From contig OX597818.1 of the NCBI GenBank assembly GCA_951406725.2, forward strand, positions 133,796,001 to 133,860,000: a stretch of DNA of 64,000 nt, read 5' to 3'. Position numbers and translations under genes: made by a program. The notes beneath the pieces were generated by a model that did no database searches, was not told the origin of the DNA, and saw only the letters and a program-made list of their open reading frames with translations. Each line of letters begins with the position of its first letter. Within the stretch, counting starts at the first letter, position 1. This DNA is from Octopus vulgaris. Lineage: Eukaryota. This document shows positions 11,404-25,241 of the stretch, in pieces.

Positions 11404-11562
11404 GGTGCAGGATGGCTGTGTGGTAAGTAGCTTGCTAACCAACCACTTGGTTCCGGGTTCAGTCCCACTGCGTGGCATCTTGGGCAAGTGTCTTCTGCTA
11501 TAGCCCCGGGCCGACCAATGCCTTGTGAGTGGATTTGGTAGACGGAAACTGAAAGAAGCCCG

Positions 11563-11615
<53 letters not shown>

Positions 11616-11855
11616 GTGTGTGTGTGTATGTGTGTGTATTTGTGTGTCTGTGTTTGTCCCCCTAGCATTGCTTGACAAGCGATGCTGGTGTGTTTATGTC
11701 CCAGTTACTTAGCGGTTCAGCAAAAGAGACCGATAGAATAAGTACTGGGCTTACAAAAGAATAAGTCCCGGGGTCGAGTTGCTCGATTAAAGGTGGTGCT
11801 CCAGCATGGCCGCAGTCAAATGACTGAAACAAGTAAAATAGTAAAATAGTAAAAT
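11404..11855 (+). mobile_element. tRNA-derived SINE (CORE-like domain, internal microsatellite, (AGTAAAAT)n tail)
   Basis: tggctgtgtggtaag...ggttcagtccc, then tgcgtggcatcttgggcaagtgtcttct; near-identical to 59481-59888 (+) and 37790-38132 (-). Confidence 0.88.
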
Positions 11856-12790
11856 ATGTATGTGTTTAAAACTTCCAAAATATATGCATATTTACACATG
11901 GGTACATGATCTTACAAACAGGTTGCATGCATTTTCTAAAGAAAACAAGAATAGTTTATGCAAAAGCAGCACATTTACAGCATATCTGATGCATTCTTTG
12001 GAAAAGCTACAAATGTACATAAAAAGCATCATTATTCACATTCAATACAAAAGTTCCTGAAGAACAATTTTCCTTGTATAGACATGAGGAGGCACCAAAA
12101 CACCTTGGCCTTCTGAATTTTCTATACTTTCAAATAATTTCTGGGGTTTTTTTTCTCTGCTTAACCCTATTGCATTTAATCCAGCCAAATCAGATGAAAA
12201 TATTCTACCTGTCTTATGTTCAAACAGGCCAGATCTGGCCTGTAACTCCTACCCTACATTGTCATTGTAAAAACAAACAATCACATCATTGAAATTTTGA
12301 AGCTAGAAGATAGTGCATATCCAATTCAAAACAATGTAAATAAATAATCATTACATTTGAGAGCATAATCTGAAAGCTAAAGCAAGAAATACATGCATGT
12401 AATGTAATAATAGGCTAAAGATGAATACATGACACCTCTCAGTAAGATGAATTTAAAAGGTAATAGGTGAATATAGAGGGATATATGAAGTAGAATGATA
12501 AATAGTGGAATAAGTGTAAATACAAATAGCATATTAAATATATGTTGATAATGCATCCTCATTATTCAAAGTCCGTTTTCCATGCTGGTATGAGTTGGAC
12601 GGTTTGACCAGAGCTGGCAGGCTGCACCAGGTTCCAGACAGATTTGGCTTGGGTTCTATAGCTGGATGCCCTTTCTAATGCCAACCACTTTACACACTGT
12701 GTTGGGTGCGTTTAACAAGAAGTGGCACTGGCATGAGTGTTTTCACTCTTCACCAGGGGATGTGGCCTTAACACTTCTGCTGTAGTGATG

Positions 12791-12878
<88 letters not shown>

Positions 12879-12935
12879 TGATTAGTTTTACCAATGAGAA
12901 AAAAGAAAAAATTAATTTAAACATCAGAATTTCAT

Positions 12936-13580
12936 CAACATCATCATCATCATCATCATCATCATCATTTAACATCTGTTGTCGTGTTGGTATGGGTCGG
13001 ATGGTTTGACCAGGGCTGGCAAGCTGGAAGGCTGCACTAGACACCAGTCTGATTTCACATGGTTTCTACAGCTGGATGCCCTTCCTAATGCCAACCACTC
13101 TGGGTGCTCTTACATGCCACAGGCAATGGTGCCATTTGCGTGACACCAGTATCTGCTACGACTTTGATTTTACTTGGCTTGATGGGTCTTTTACTCAAGC
13201 ACAGCATAATGCCGAAGCTCACAGTCATTCATTATTGCCTACCCGAGGCCCAACACTTGAAAGGTGCTTTTTACATGCCACCAGCATGGGTGCTGTATAT
13301 GTGACACCAGCATCGGCCACAACTACAATCTCACTTGGCTTGATGGATCTTCTCAAGCACAGCATAATGTTTTGGTCATTAGTTATTACCTCAATGAGGC
13401 CCAAAGTTTGAAGATCATGCTTCACCACCTTGTCCCATGTCTTCCTGGGTCTACCTCTACCACAGGTTCCCTCCACAGTTAGAGATCAGCACTTCTTTGC
13501 ACAGCTGTCTTCATCCACACAGATCACATAACCATACCAGTGCAGTCATCTCTCTTGTACACCACATCTGATGCCTTTAT
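12936..13580 (-). mobile_element. RTE LINE 3' end (ORF C-terminus, 3' UTR, (GAT)n tail)
   Basis: EGTCGRGRPRKTWDKVVKHDLQTLGL followed by the 3' UTR shared with many copies in the window and a (GAT)n tail. Confidence 0.85.
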
Positions 13581-13688
13581 GAATAAAAAGGCATTAGTTG
13601 AGCACTATGGACAAAGAAAACAACAGAATGAACTTCCAAATACAAAAACAAACTAAGCTGAATGACTCCAGTCAGTAATGAGAGCTCA

Positions 13689-14084
13689 TCTTTATATATA
13701 AAAGTAAGGTTGTGTGCTGTCTGTCTCCTACGATTTAGATTCCTAACTACTCCCACATTTTGCGGTGCAGTTTAACCAAAACCGGGTATCTTATAGTCGT
13801 GATTCATATCGAGCCCTTCTGGGTATTAGCGCACGTCTACGATGAGTCTACGATTTAAAAAATATTTACCATCAATTTTTCCCATTTTTAATGCATTTTT
13901 GGCATATATAAGGGAAGTAACTCTCTAAAAATTTATTATTAAATCTCAGAACGTAAAAAGCTACAGTAACACCCCCACCTTTGTGGTTAGCCATATTGAG
14001 ATGGCTATTATACTTTACATCTCTAAAAATGCTTATATAGTTATTTCCCTTACAAATCCGAGCAACGCCGGGCGATACTGCTAG
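13689..14084 (+). mobile_element. Non-autonomous Helitron
   Basis: Inserted between A and T; 5' TC (tctttatatataaaag); 3' GC-rich hairpin ccgagcaacgccggg followed by CTAG (14081-84); no TSD. Confidence 0.85.
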
Positions 14085-14161
14085 TTAAGGTATAATTTAG
14101 AAAGTAAATCATATAAAAGGAACAACTTCAACAGCTTAAAATGGTTAAATGTTATTTATAA

Positions 14162-14211
<50 letters not shown>

Positions 14212-14224
14212 AATACACATAGTG

Positions 14225-14748
14225 TCATCATCATCATCATCATCGTTTAGCGTCCGTTTTCCATGCTAGCATGGGTTGGACGGTTCAACTGGGGTCTGTG
14301 AAGCCAGAAGGCTTCATCAGGCCCAGTCAAATCTGGCAGTGTTTCTACGGCTGGATGCCATTCCTAACGCCAACCACTCCGTGAGTGTAGTGGGTGCTTT
14401 TTACGTGCCACCCGCACTGGTGCCAGACAGAGCTGGCAAACGGCCACGAACGGATGGTGCTTTTTATGTGCCACCGGCACGAGGGCCAGGCGAGGCTGGC
14501 AACGGACACGAAACGGGGCGGTGCTGGCAACGGTCGCGAAACGGAAAGTTCTCTTACATGCCACCGGCACTGGTAACACATCTGCAATTTCCATTGATCG
14601 ATTTCGATTCTGATCCTCACTTGCCTCAACACGTCTTCACAAGTAGAGTTTTGTGTCCCAAGAAGGGAAGGTATGCATACGTAGGCTGGCTCCATCCCAT
14701 GTAGAAGGCCACGGGTTATGGACTCACTTGTCCTGCCGGGTCTTCTCA
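14225..14748 (-). mobile_element. RTE LINE 3' UTR with (GAT)n tail
   Basis: Reverse complement of ccaacccatgctagcatggaaaacggacgctaaacgatgatgat, with internal tandem units. Confidence 0.85.
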
Positions 14749-16129
14749 TTATATATATATGAACAGAACGTGTGTGTGTGTGTGTGTGATCACTTAACCT
14801 CCAGAGATAATATCTTGTTAAAATTACTTTCTTAAAACTAGATAAATATATGGGACAACTGAGTCCTAAATATAAGAAGAGGTGGTCATGGCTAGAATAC
14901 TGGTCAACTGATAAGAACTCAAATACACAATTGATATCATTTTGATAGCTATTGTTCTTATTATCATTACAATCGTTGTCAGTATCCTCATCATTGTCTT
15001 CCTCATTTGTGACAAAATTGTTGGAATGATAAATATGGCAGAGTGCCAGAGTAAATGCCTTACAAAACAAAATTACAAACCTTTGGATTCTCAGTACAAA
15101 TCCCACAGTGGCTGACATTAGCTTTTATTTTTCTGGGTTGGATGAGAAGCAGTGAAATAAGAACCAATTAACTATTGAGGTTGGTTAAATAACATACCCC
15201 TTAGAAAAAATTAAAATTGTGGTCATGCATCAAAGTTAGAAATCATCGTGATGACCATCAAAATGAAATAACAAGCCTGCAAGAGAGGCCCCTATTCTTT
15301 TTTTCAACCTTCTATATGTAGAACATAGCAGCCAAATCTCCCTCAGATCATATGTTACAATCTTTAAAAAAGGGTAATGGACACTTATGTACACTGTCTG
15401 AAATGACATTTAGACCTTACCAGGAGCTAAGCAGGAACAACGTCAATAATATTCTTTTCAAATTTTCTTACAAAGAATCAATACTTTTTCCAGCACAGTA
15501 TCAAGAATATTTAGTCACTTCATCACTTTTTTTCTCCCCCCCGCCCCAAGTCAGCTACCTTACAGATTAGATTGTTCATTCAGTAACAAGTGATTCGATG
15601 ATATTCTAAAAACGTGTTTATTTACTGCAAACAGATGTTTCCTCCTCTTAATTGTTTCCTACCTTTTCTACTCACCACTCCAACTGCTAACTTATCCTCA
15701 AGCGTCGTAAAACTTATATTAAATACATAGCAGCATATTAAATACATAATTATTATTTGAATCTTTCAATTTAATAGAGTGTGTTAGGAAACTGATGTCT
15801 CACATGCTTTACGAGGAATTGTTTGTAAGCTCTATTTTGCAATTCTTACTAAACATCAATATTTATGAAGCTGACATCTATAACCTAGGTGTCTTACCTT
15901 ATCACTTTGATATAACTGTTATTGCTAAGATTATTATTAGAGGGTGTAAAATGACAGGATTGGTTGAACATTTAATGCTTAGTGGTATTTAGTGATAATA
16001 CTTTTCTTCATATTCTGAGTTCAAATCCCAAACTCTTCATTAGTTCCAGAGGCAATGCAATAAGAATTAGTCAAATAAGTACTGGGAGAGAATTTAATTT
16101 ACTGAAGTCACCCTACAAAATCCAGGTTT

Positions 16130-17109
16130 TTTATTATTAGTGGCTTGGCAAAATTGTTAGAGCACCAGAGAAAATGTATTGCAACATTTCTTCCAACTAT
16201 TTATATTCTGGTTTCAAGCCCCAGTGAGATCAACTTTGCTTTTCAGAAATTCTTCTGGCTCTTTCCTTCTGAATTCACATCCTGTTGAGGTTAGCTTTGC
16301 CTTTAATCTTTCTGGAGTCGATAAAATAAAGTATCAGTCAAGCACTGATGTTGACAAAATCAACTTTCACCTTCCAATGAAAATTAGTGGCTTTGAGCCA
16401 AGATCAGAAAAAAATTATTATTTTGTTGTTGTTGTTGTTGTTATTATTAGTAGTAGTAGTGGTGGGGGGTACTAGTAGTAGGGCAACAAGCTAGCAGAAA
16501 CATTAGCACGCTGGGAGAAATGCTTAGCGATATTTCATCTGCTGCTACGTTCTGAGTTCAAATTTCGCTGAGGTCAACTTTGCCTTTCATCCTTTCGGGG
16601 TCGATTAAATAAATACCAGTTATGCACTGGGGTCGATATAATCGACTTAATCCGTTTGCCTGTCTTTGTCCTCTCTGTATTTAGCCCCTTGTGGGTAGTA
16701 AAGAAATAGGTATTTCATCTGTCACTACATTCTCAGTTCAAATTTCACTGAGGTCGATTTTGCCTTTCATCCTTTCAGGGTGGATAAAATAAGTACCAGC
16801 TGAATACTGAGATTGATGTAATCGACACACCCCCTCTCCCAAAATTGCTGCCCTTGTAGCAAAATTTGAAACCATTATTAATATTAGTAGTAGTGGTAGT
16901 GGTGGTGGTAGTGGTGGTAGTTGTATTAGTAGTAATAGGGCGACAAACTGGTAGAAACACTAGCATGCTGAGCAAAATGCTTAGCGGCATTTTGTCCATC
17001 TTTATGTTCTGAGTTCAAATTCTGCCAAGGTCAATTTTCCCTTTCCTCCTTTCAGAGTCAATAAAATAAGTACCAGTTGAGCACTGCTGGTCTTGTGCCA
17101 AAATGTGAA

Positions 17110-17158
<49 letters not shown>

Positions 17159-17520
17159 GAAAGCAATGAGCTAGTAGAATCATTTGCATGCCAAGCAAAA
17201 TACTTAGCGGTATTTCATCTACCTATTTCTTTATAACCCACAAGGGGCTAAACATAGAGGGGACAAGCAAGGACAGACATAGGTATTAAATCGATTACAT
17301 CGACCCCAGTGCATGACTGGTACTTAATTTATCGACCCCGAAAGGATGAAAGGCAAAGTCGACCTCGGCGGAATTTGAACTCAGAACGTATTGGCAGACG
17401 AAATACCACTAAGCATCTCACCCGGCCTGCTAACGTTTCTGCCAGCTCATCGCGGTATTTCATCTACCACTACATTCTGAGTTCAAATTCCACCAAGGTC
17501 AACTTTGCCTTTCATCCAGA
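16130..17520. mobile_element. Cluster of Meta-type SINEs, including nested copies
   Basis: Repeated ctggcagaa..ttagc / ttctgagttcaaat / gcctttcatcc / aaataagtacc modules; inverted copy 17224-17451 with a 17-bp TSD. Confidence 0.85.
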
Positions 17521-17681
17521 TTCAATCACATTGTGTAATACTTTGGACAATTGTCTTTTGCTATAGCTCTGGTCTGACTAATGCATTGTCAGTAGATTTG
17601 GTAGTCAGAAACTGAGAGAGGCCTGTCAAAGATATGTGTACATGTGTGTGTGTGTGTGTGAGTGTGTGTGCGTGTGAGTGA

Positions 17682-17719
<38 letters not shown>

Positions 17720-17990
17720 ATGTGTGTGTGTGTGTGCATGTGTGTTACTATCTCTTTACCTTGACATCACATGATAGTTGTAAATGAGTGTCAGTATCAT
17801 GCAAACAGTGACCTTTGTTTTCAAGCTTCTGTGTAATAGCCTGGTCATGAAGAAACATTCATTTTTAAATAAGCGAAAACTGCCAACAAGAAGGGCATCC
17901 AGCTATAGAAAATCTGCCTCAACAAATTCCACCTAATCCATGCAACATGGCAAAGTGGATGTTAAAACAATGATGATGAGGATGATGAAA
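17520..17990 (+). mobile_element. Older CORE-like SINE with RTE-like 3' tail
   Basis: ttggacaattgtctt..gatttggtag..(TG)n..aagaagggcatccagctatagaaaa..(GAT)n; similar copy at 28385-28895. Confidence 0.7.
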
Positions 17991-18324
17991 ATCAGATTAA
18001 AATAATAAATATATCAGCAGACTTGAAAGCACAAACATTTACATTTATAATATGAACAATATAAAAATAAGAACTGGACTGAAAATATTATTTTGATGAC
18101 AAAAATGGTGTAAAGAGAAATGAAAGCATCCACAGCAACTCATCTTTTATTAATGTTTATTTCTTTACTACCCACAAGGGGCTAAACACAGGAGGGACAA
18201 ACAATGACAGACAAAGGGATTAAGTCAATTATATCGACCCCAGTGCGTAACTGGTACTTAATTTATCGACCCCAAAAGGATGAAAGGCAAAGTCGACCAC
18301 AGCAGAATTTGAACCCAGAACGTA

Positions 18325-18635
18325 ACTGCATGGCAAGCAAAAAGCAGTTCCTTGATATGAGTCAGCTTTTCAGGGTCACTCCGAAAAGCTCTATCTGCAA
18401 CGATTTCATCTCAGTCAAAGGAGAGGGGCTTTATCCATCCGGGTTGCGGATCCGTGGAATAAGCTGCCGGATGAGATAGTGAAGATGCCGACGACCGCTC
18501 GGTTCAAAGTCTCTCTTGACCAGAAATGGCCTGAACTCTTTGCATGAACACCCTCCCAGTACATAACTCCATGCCCCCCTACATGGCCTTGCTTTTGGCT
18601 TTTTGAGCCAAAAAATTAACTTAACTTAACTTTAA
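18325..18635 (+). mobile_element. CR1/L2-type LINE 3' end
   Basis: RRGALSIRVADPWNKLPDEIVKMPTTARFKVSLD (RV..WN.LP..FK..LD signature) and a (TTAAC)n tail. Confidence 0.75.
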
Positions 18636-20026
18636 GAAAAAGAGAAAATATGGCTCTAAGTTGAACAAAATAGCGCTTCCTGTCCCTGAGGACTTCATCA
18701 ATGAGATAAGTGTCTTAAACAACTGTTTTGTGAATAACAATAAGAGTTCCTATATGTCCACAAAAAAGAAATAAGTTTAAAACTAGCATGTTATCCTTAG
18801 TGTCTTTAGGGATGCCCACTCTATTGCAACTATTTGGGTTAATCCTTTAGTATTTAAACTGACTATATCCAGCCCAAATATTTTACCAGTTTTATGTTCA
18901 AACTGGTCAGATTCAGCCTCTCACACCTACCTACCTTACAATGTCCTTCTAAAAATAAGCAATCACATCACTGAAATTTTGAAACTACAAGATAATGCAT
19001 GATTAATTCAAAACAATACAAATATATAAATATGAATGCTAAATTGTTAAATATCTAGCTTCAGAATAATTTCTTCTCTTCTTTCCATTAGTTACAGAAA
19101 CCCTGAGAAAGTTCATAAACGCTGCCCTTATTCCTGACTAAATGACACATAAAAATTTTTTTATTCTGAATTAATATTTAGTAGTCATGGTCCTCAAGAA
19201 ACTTTTAGTCCCGCACAACTAATAGACCGACCAGCAATCTAAAACTGAATTTCTTTTGACTTTTTTCAAATAGAAGCCTACAGCAAACGTTTCTACACAA
19301 GATATGATATAAAAATATGAATAAAAATGCTTGTCACCACATGTAATAACTTTCAAACATATTATATCTCAAAACTGAATTCTATGATGATATCATAAAA
19401 ATCTCTATCTGTTATATTATGCCAATATTTGTTCTATTCTTTAATGTAAAGAATAACTAACAACATATAATATAGTAACCACACAGACACACACATACAC
19501 ACAAACCAAAATAATAACTATTCATTTTATTTCTATGTTGATAAAAAAAAACTGGATTTACAATTTGTCAATAGCAATAAATTCCAACAGTGATATGGAT
19601 TTTAATATAGTAACAATAAATTTTAATATATGTAATACAGTCTTGGGAAATAAACTTAACATTCTACAGTTATTTCTATATCATTTTTTTGTATCTACTT
19701 GCAGTTTTTGTTTTTGTTATTTTGTTTCTATAGGTATTTTTTTAATTGTTTCTTTTCCATTTTGCTTTGCTTTGTTTATGGTTATTTAATATTTTTTAAA
19801 GTTACAAAAGAGAGAAAATATAGCTTGCCTTTAGACTTAAACAGAAAATAAAAGTTAACAGATAAAAATCAATTGGGAGTTGATAGAAACAAGGGGAACT
19901 ACACACCTATTCACAGAAATTTAAGCATAATTATGAGAGAAAATATTCAAGGAAAATAGGCCAACAATCGACCAATCATGAATATCCGTAAGTGTGTGTG
20001 CGTGTATGCCTATATAAATACATAAA

Positions 20027-20078
<52 letters not shown>

Positions 20079-20122
20079 CTTAAGCATATATATTTATATT
20101 TAGGTATACATAAACATAAGTA

Positions 20123-20173
<51 letters not shown>

Positions 20174-20269
20174 GTATATATATAAATGTATATATATCCA
20201 TATATATACAAATATATATTTCGTTTTGGGATTTGGTTTGCAAGCTTCTTTATGTGAGTTCGTATGTTG

Positions 20270-20660
20270 AAGCATATTCTGTTGTGTCTGGGGAGAGTCA
20301 TTTTATTTTTGTGCCTTATAATTTATGACACTCACCGGTAAAATTTCCACTTATTTCTTATTTTTATTTTCCTAAAATTTTCGTTGCATCTTGCAACTTT
20401 TTCAATAGTCTTGACTATTGAAAAGGTTGCAAGATGCAACGAAAATTTTAGGAAAATAAAAATAAGAAATAAGTGGAAATTTTACTGGTGCAACCATTTC
20501 AATAGCCTTGACTATTGGAAAGGTTGCAAGGTGCAACGAAAATTTTAGGAAAATAAAAATAAGAAATAAGTGGAAATTTTACCGGTGAGTGTGTTAAATT
20601 ATAAGGCAGAAAAGGAAAATGACTCTCCCCAGACTCAACAGAATATAAATATATACATAC

Positions 20661-20693
<33 letters not shown>

Positions 20694-20753
20694 AATAAAT
20701 ATATATATACAAACACTTAAGTATATATATCTATATTTAGATATATAATATAA

Positions 20754-20813
<60 letters not shown>

Positions 20814-21080
20814 CATACATACATACATACATACATACATACATACATACATACATACATACATACGTACACAAACACTTCAGTACATATATTTATATTT
20901 AGATATCTATAAATATAAATATATACATATGTGGATATTCTGTTGTGTCTGGGGAGAGTCATTTTCTTTTTGTGCCTTATAATGTAACACACTCACCAGT
21001 AAAATTTCCACTTATTTCTTATTTTTATTTTCCTAAAATTTTCATTGTGTCTTGTAACCTTTTCAATAGTCTTGACTCTA
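20270..21080. repeat. Array of a ~140-bp unit in alternating orientations within (TA)n
   Basis: Forward 20275-20410, inverted 20413-20490, inverted ~20510-20645, forward ~20935-21077. Confidence 0.9.
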
Positions 21081-21603
21081 TCCGTTATTTACACTGCGTT
21101 CCTTTTTTTCGATTGTGCGCATGTGTGTGGGTCTCTGTGTGTGTATGTGCCTATGCATGCATGCATGTACGTATGTATGTGTGTATGTATGCATGTGTAT
21201 GTATGTATATATGTGTGAGTGTGCATCTGTATGTATGTATCCTGTATATTCATGTGCTTGCATGTCTGTGTTTGTGTATTTTCTATGTATGTGTGTGTGA
21301 GCGTGCGTTTGTATATGTATGCACTTCTGTCTCCTTGTGTGTGCATGTATGTGTGTGTGTGTGTTATGCAACTATGTACCATGTTTGTATGTATGGATGG
21401 ATGTGCATCTCTATATATATGGATCCGTATCTCCATATGTGTCCGTGTGTGGAGTAAAGTGTGTGTGTATATATGATCATGTGTGTCAGTCTCCATTTGC
21501 GTATGTGTGCTTGTCTGTTCTTATAACCTATGTACCTATCCGTGTGTATGTTGATCTGTTTATTTTCATAGTCATATGCTTACATACAAAAAATGTAAGC
21601 ATA

Positions 21604-21660
<57 letters not shown>

Positions 21661-22214
21661 TACATATACCATGTTCTCCGGGTTTTTTTTTTTTTGTTTT
21701 TCTTTGCATCTTTGCTGCCATACACATTTGCTAGCTTTCTTACAAAGGGGTCTAATGCTTAGACTTTTTTGGAGGCAACCGGATCGAACCATCTCAAGTG
21801 TACCTGTCCAAAATGGTCATGACTTCTGGTACTTGACTGATGAAAGAAAGCTAAGAATAACCTTTCTTTTTCCGCTTGTCCTTCTAATTGTTGTTTTTCT
21901 GGTCCGCCTCTGAGTCGTCTATCCATCCATATGTTTTAATGCCCTCTATTGCACGTTTGTTCCATTTTTATATATATATAAATTTGAGAGGGGAACCATT
22001 AAGTAGTGATAAATAAAATTGTAATGTTATTATCAGTTCAAGTATATATATATTTTATTTTTAGTGAAGCAGGTGCTTGTGTAGTTCCCTAATATATATG
22101 AATATATTTGTATATCTTATATATGATTAATAATTTTGCCTATATGGCTTTTACGCTCACAGCCACTAATGTTATTATTTTTAGGAATAATAATGTTCTT
22201 TATATTTATATTTA

Positions 22215-22299
<85 letters not shown>

Positions 22300-22386
22300 A
22301 GAGTTTACGAAAAAAACAAAAAAAAAAGACAGGTGGTGTAGAAAACAAACAGATGTATTAGTATAATGCTCAGGAATAGGAAAAGT

Positions 22387-22422
22387 CTTTTATGTTTCGA
22401 GCCTACGCTCTTCTACAGAAAG
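22387..22422 (-). ncRNA. Minimal hammerhead-like motif (variant core CUGUAGA)
   Basis: Minus strand cttt-CTGTAGA-a-gagc-gtag-gctc-GAAAC-ATA-aaag, inside a ~190-bp repeat (22295-22487) flanked by TA-rich tracts. Confidence 0.5.
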
Positions 22423-22909
22423 GGACACAGAAAAAACAAAGAGAGAAAGAATGTATGTGTGTAGTGGCTAACGATCTATCATGGCATCTCATATATAATA
22501 TATATATAAGCTTTTGGTGTGAATGGTTTTATTATACGGTGCCATATTTTTATGTACACAGTATATAGTTTTGAGCTGCAAATATTTTCATATACTGAAG
22601 ATGTTATCTAGATAGGTTTTAAAACATGTCTAGTGTCCCCAAGTAATCTTCAGACTCAGAACACATGACCTATACAAGTTACAAATCAGGATGACAGAAC
22701 AAGAGAAACCATATGAAAATAAGCAAAATGAAAATTGATGCAAAAAGTAGAAGGATGAAAAACACGAAACACGAAAGGAAAAAGAAAGAAAAGAATTAGA
22801 GTTATGTTCCATTTGACCATAAAGTCATTAGACTAGATGGTGTAAAATCAACAGAAGGGGTCTAAAGTCTATGATACAACTGCTTGATTCAGAGAGGGTG
22901 GTGTTCTCC

Positions 22910-23640
22910 AATTCACCATAAGAAACTTGTCCATATGTTTCTGATTTCTATTTGCTGAAAATTTCTGAGATGGAATTCAGCAGTGCAGATCTGAAAAGGA
23001 TATGCAATCTTTCAGTTATGCATAAATTTCATTTTTTGATCCATTAACTATGATTTTTCATTTGATTGCATGTGTCATGGAGTTGGTCTTCAAACCCCAT
23101 ATGTGACTAGCCAAGTTGGTGATTTTACTTTTGTCCATGTGTCAGATAGAAGATAGGTGGTTAGCATAGCATCGTTTAAAGTCACCTTCCCATAGCCCAG
23201 TGTTAATTCTTCTTTTTGGTTAGATTACCATGTAGTGTGGCTGTAACTTCTGCCTCATAAATGATGGAGTTTATCATGTACCTCTGGTTGAGTGGACAAG
23301 CTCCATGATCTCAACAGTTACAACTGGGAGTGGCTCTTGGTGATATTTACAGGCAATGGTGTTCTTCATATATGATAATTTGAGTGTCTGTTTAAAGATA
23401 TTTCTGCATTTGTGATTTTCTGGGAAATATTTCTCTTACAGACAGAAATCTTTTACCTATGCTAGTTTTAACAATCAGGGATGAAAGGTGAGACCAACCA
23501 AATTATTTTCCCAAATGTATCCTTAATTCTATTTTTATTATTCATACCATTGTTAAAAGTGTTGTAGCATTACTTAACTATTAGATAGGGCACTGTTATA
23601 GTAGGGACGGGACTGCCTTCTCAAAAATTTTTTGAGAAGT
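22910..23640 (-). mobile_element. Penelope-like element fragment (RT thumb/linker + GIY-YIG)
   Basis: Frameshifted KIIWLVSPF..VKTSIGKRFLS..KYFPENHKCRNIF, then CPLNQRYMINSIIYEAEV..GLWEGDFKRCYANHLSS..LASHIWGLK. Confidence 0.75.
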
Positions 23641-23720
23641 TGGACGTCATATTACAAATGGTGGCTATCCAGGTTTTTGGGAAAGTGGAGAAACTACCCT
23701 CTCCAGATGGAGCATTTGTA

Positions 23721-23935
23721 TCATCATCATCATCATCATCATCATCGTTTAACGTCCGCTTTCCATGCTAGCATGGGTTGGACGGTTCAACTGGGGTCTG
23801 GCAAGCCCGAAGGCTGCACCAGGCCAGTCAGATATGGCAGTGTTTCTACAGCTGGATGCCCTTCCTAACGCCAACCACTCCGAGAGTGTAGTGGGTGATT
23901 TTATGTGCCACCGACACAGGTGCCAGACGAGGCTG
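23721..23935 (-). mobile_element. RTE LINE 3' tail
   Basis: (CAT)n cgtttaacgtccgctttccatgctagcatgggttgg..., same family as 30380-30995. Confidence 0.85.
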
Positions 23936-24054
23936 AATCCTTTCCAGTATTAGGGCACTACAATGCATCCAAAGAGCTCAAAATAGCACTGACAATGATA
24001 CCAGGAAATCAATGAAGGCCATAGCCAAAGAACTTCATATGAGTATAGATACAA

Positions 24055-24074
24055 ATGTCTGTGTATATATATAT

Positions 24075-24138
<64 letters not shown>

Positions 24139-24299
24139 TGTATATATTTGTATTTATACATAAGTGTAGGCATATTTATATACATGCATATACGTGTGTT
24201 TGTGTATGTGAGTGAGTATGGATGTAAGATTATATATATGTATATAACTATGTGTGTGTATATATATGTATGTATGTATATATAAATTATACATATATG

Positions 24300-24350
<51 letters not shown>

Positions 24351-24365
24351 ATATGTGTGTAAGGG

Positions 24366-24397
<32 letters not shown>

Positions 24398-24466
24398 AAC
24401 GAACAAATATAGACATACATATGTGTACATACATAAATATACATATATATATCTATATAGATATAA

Positions 24467-24502
<36 letters not shown>

Positions 24503-25206
24503 GTTGTATACTGTCAATCTAACGTTAACGTGACAGTATACAACCATTCTATCGCCCCACCACCGTACATATCTCTATGAGAGATTTAGAAATTTAATAT
24601 TTCTGATATATATATATACATATGTTCATATCCATGTATGCTTGTATACATATCATATATATATGTGTATATATAATCACATACACCCCCCACACACACA
24701 CACATATATGTAGATATACATATCTGTGTGTGTATGTATGTATGTATGTATGTATGTATGTATACTTATGTATTATGTATCTACAGACACACACATATGC
24801 ATGCATATATAATATAGCTAGCAATCACGATAAGTAGAAGGCTATATATGTGTGCATATGAGAGAAAGAGATAAAGAGTTTGTTTATGAGTGCACACAAC
24901 TATAGATATGGTTTTTATCACTATATATTCATACATATATGTTTGTATGTTTGAGAGCATGCTTGTATTTGTGTATAAATATATATAATGCAAACGTATA
25001 ATGACTGCATGTATGATTATATACTATTATGTATGCATCTATGTGTGTGTGTGTATGCATGGTTGTGTGTGTGTGTATATTGTACACACATGTGTCTGTA
25101 TATGTATATATATATATATATATTCATATACCCATAGATATATAAACACATATGTACACAAATATATGTATATATACATATATATATATATACATATATA
25201 TATATG

Positions 25207-25241
<35 letters not shown>

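Noticed and set aside
14345-15118. Longest ORF in the track (257 aa, -)
   Set aside because: Chance read-through across unique sequence, (CA)n and an RTE 3' UTR; no domain.
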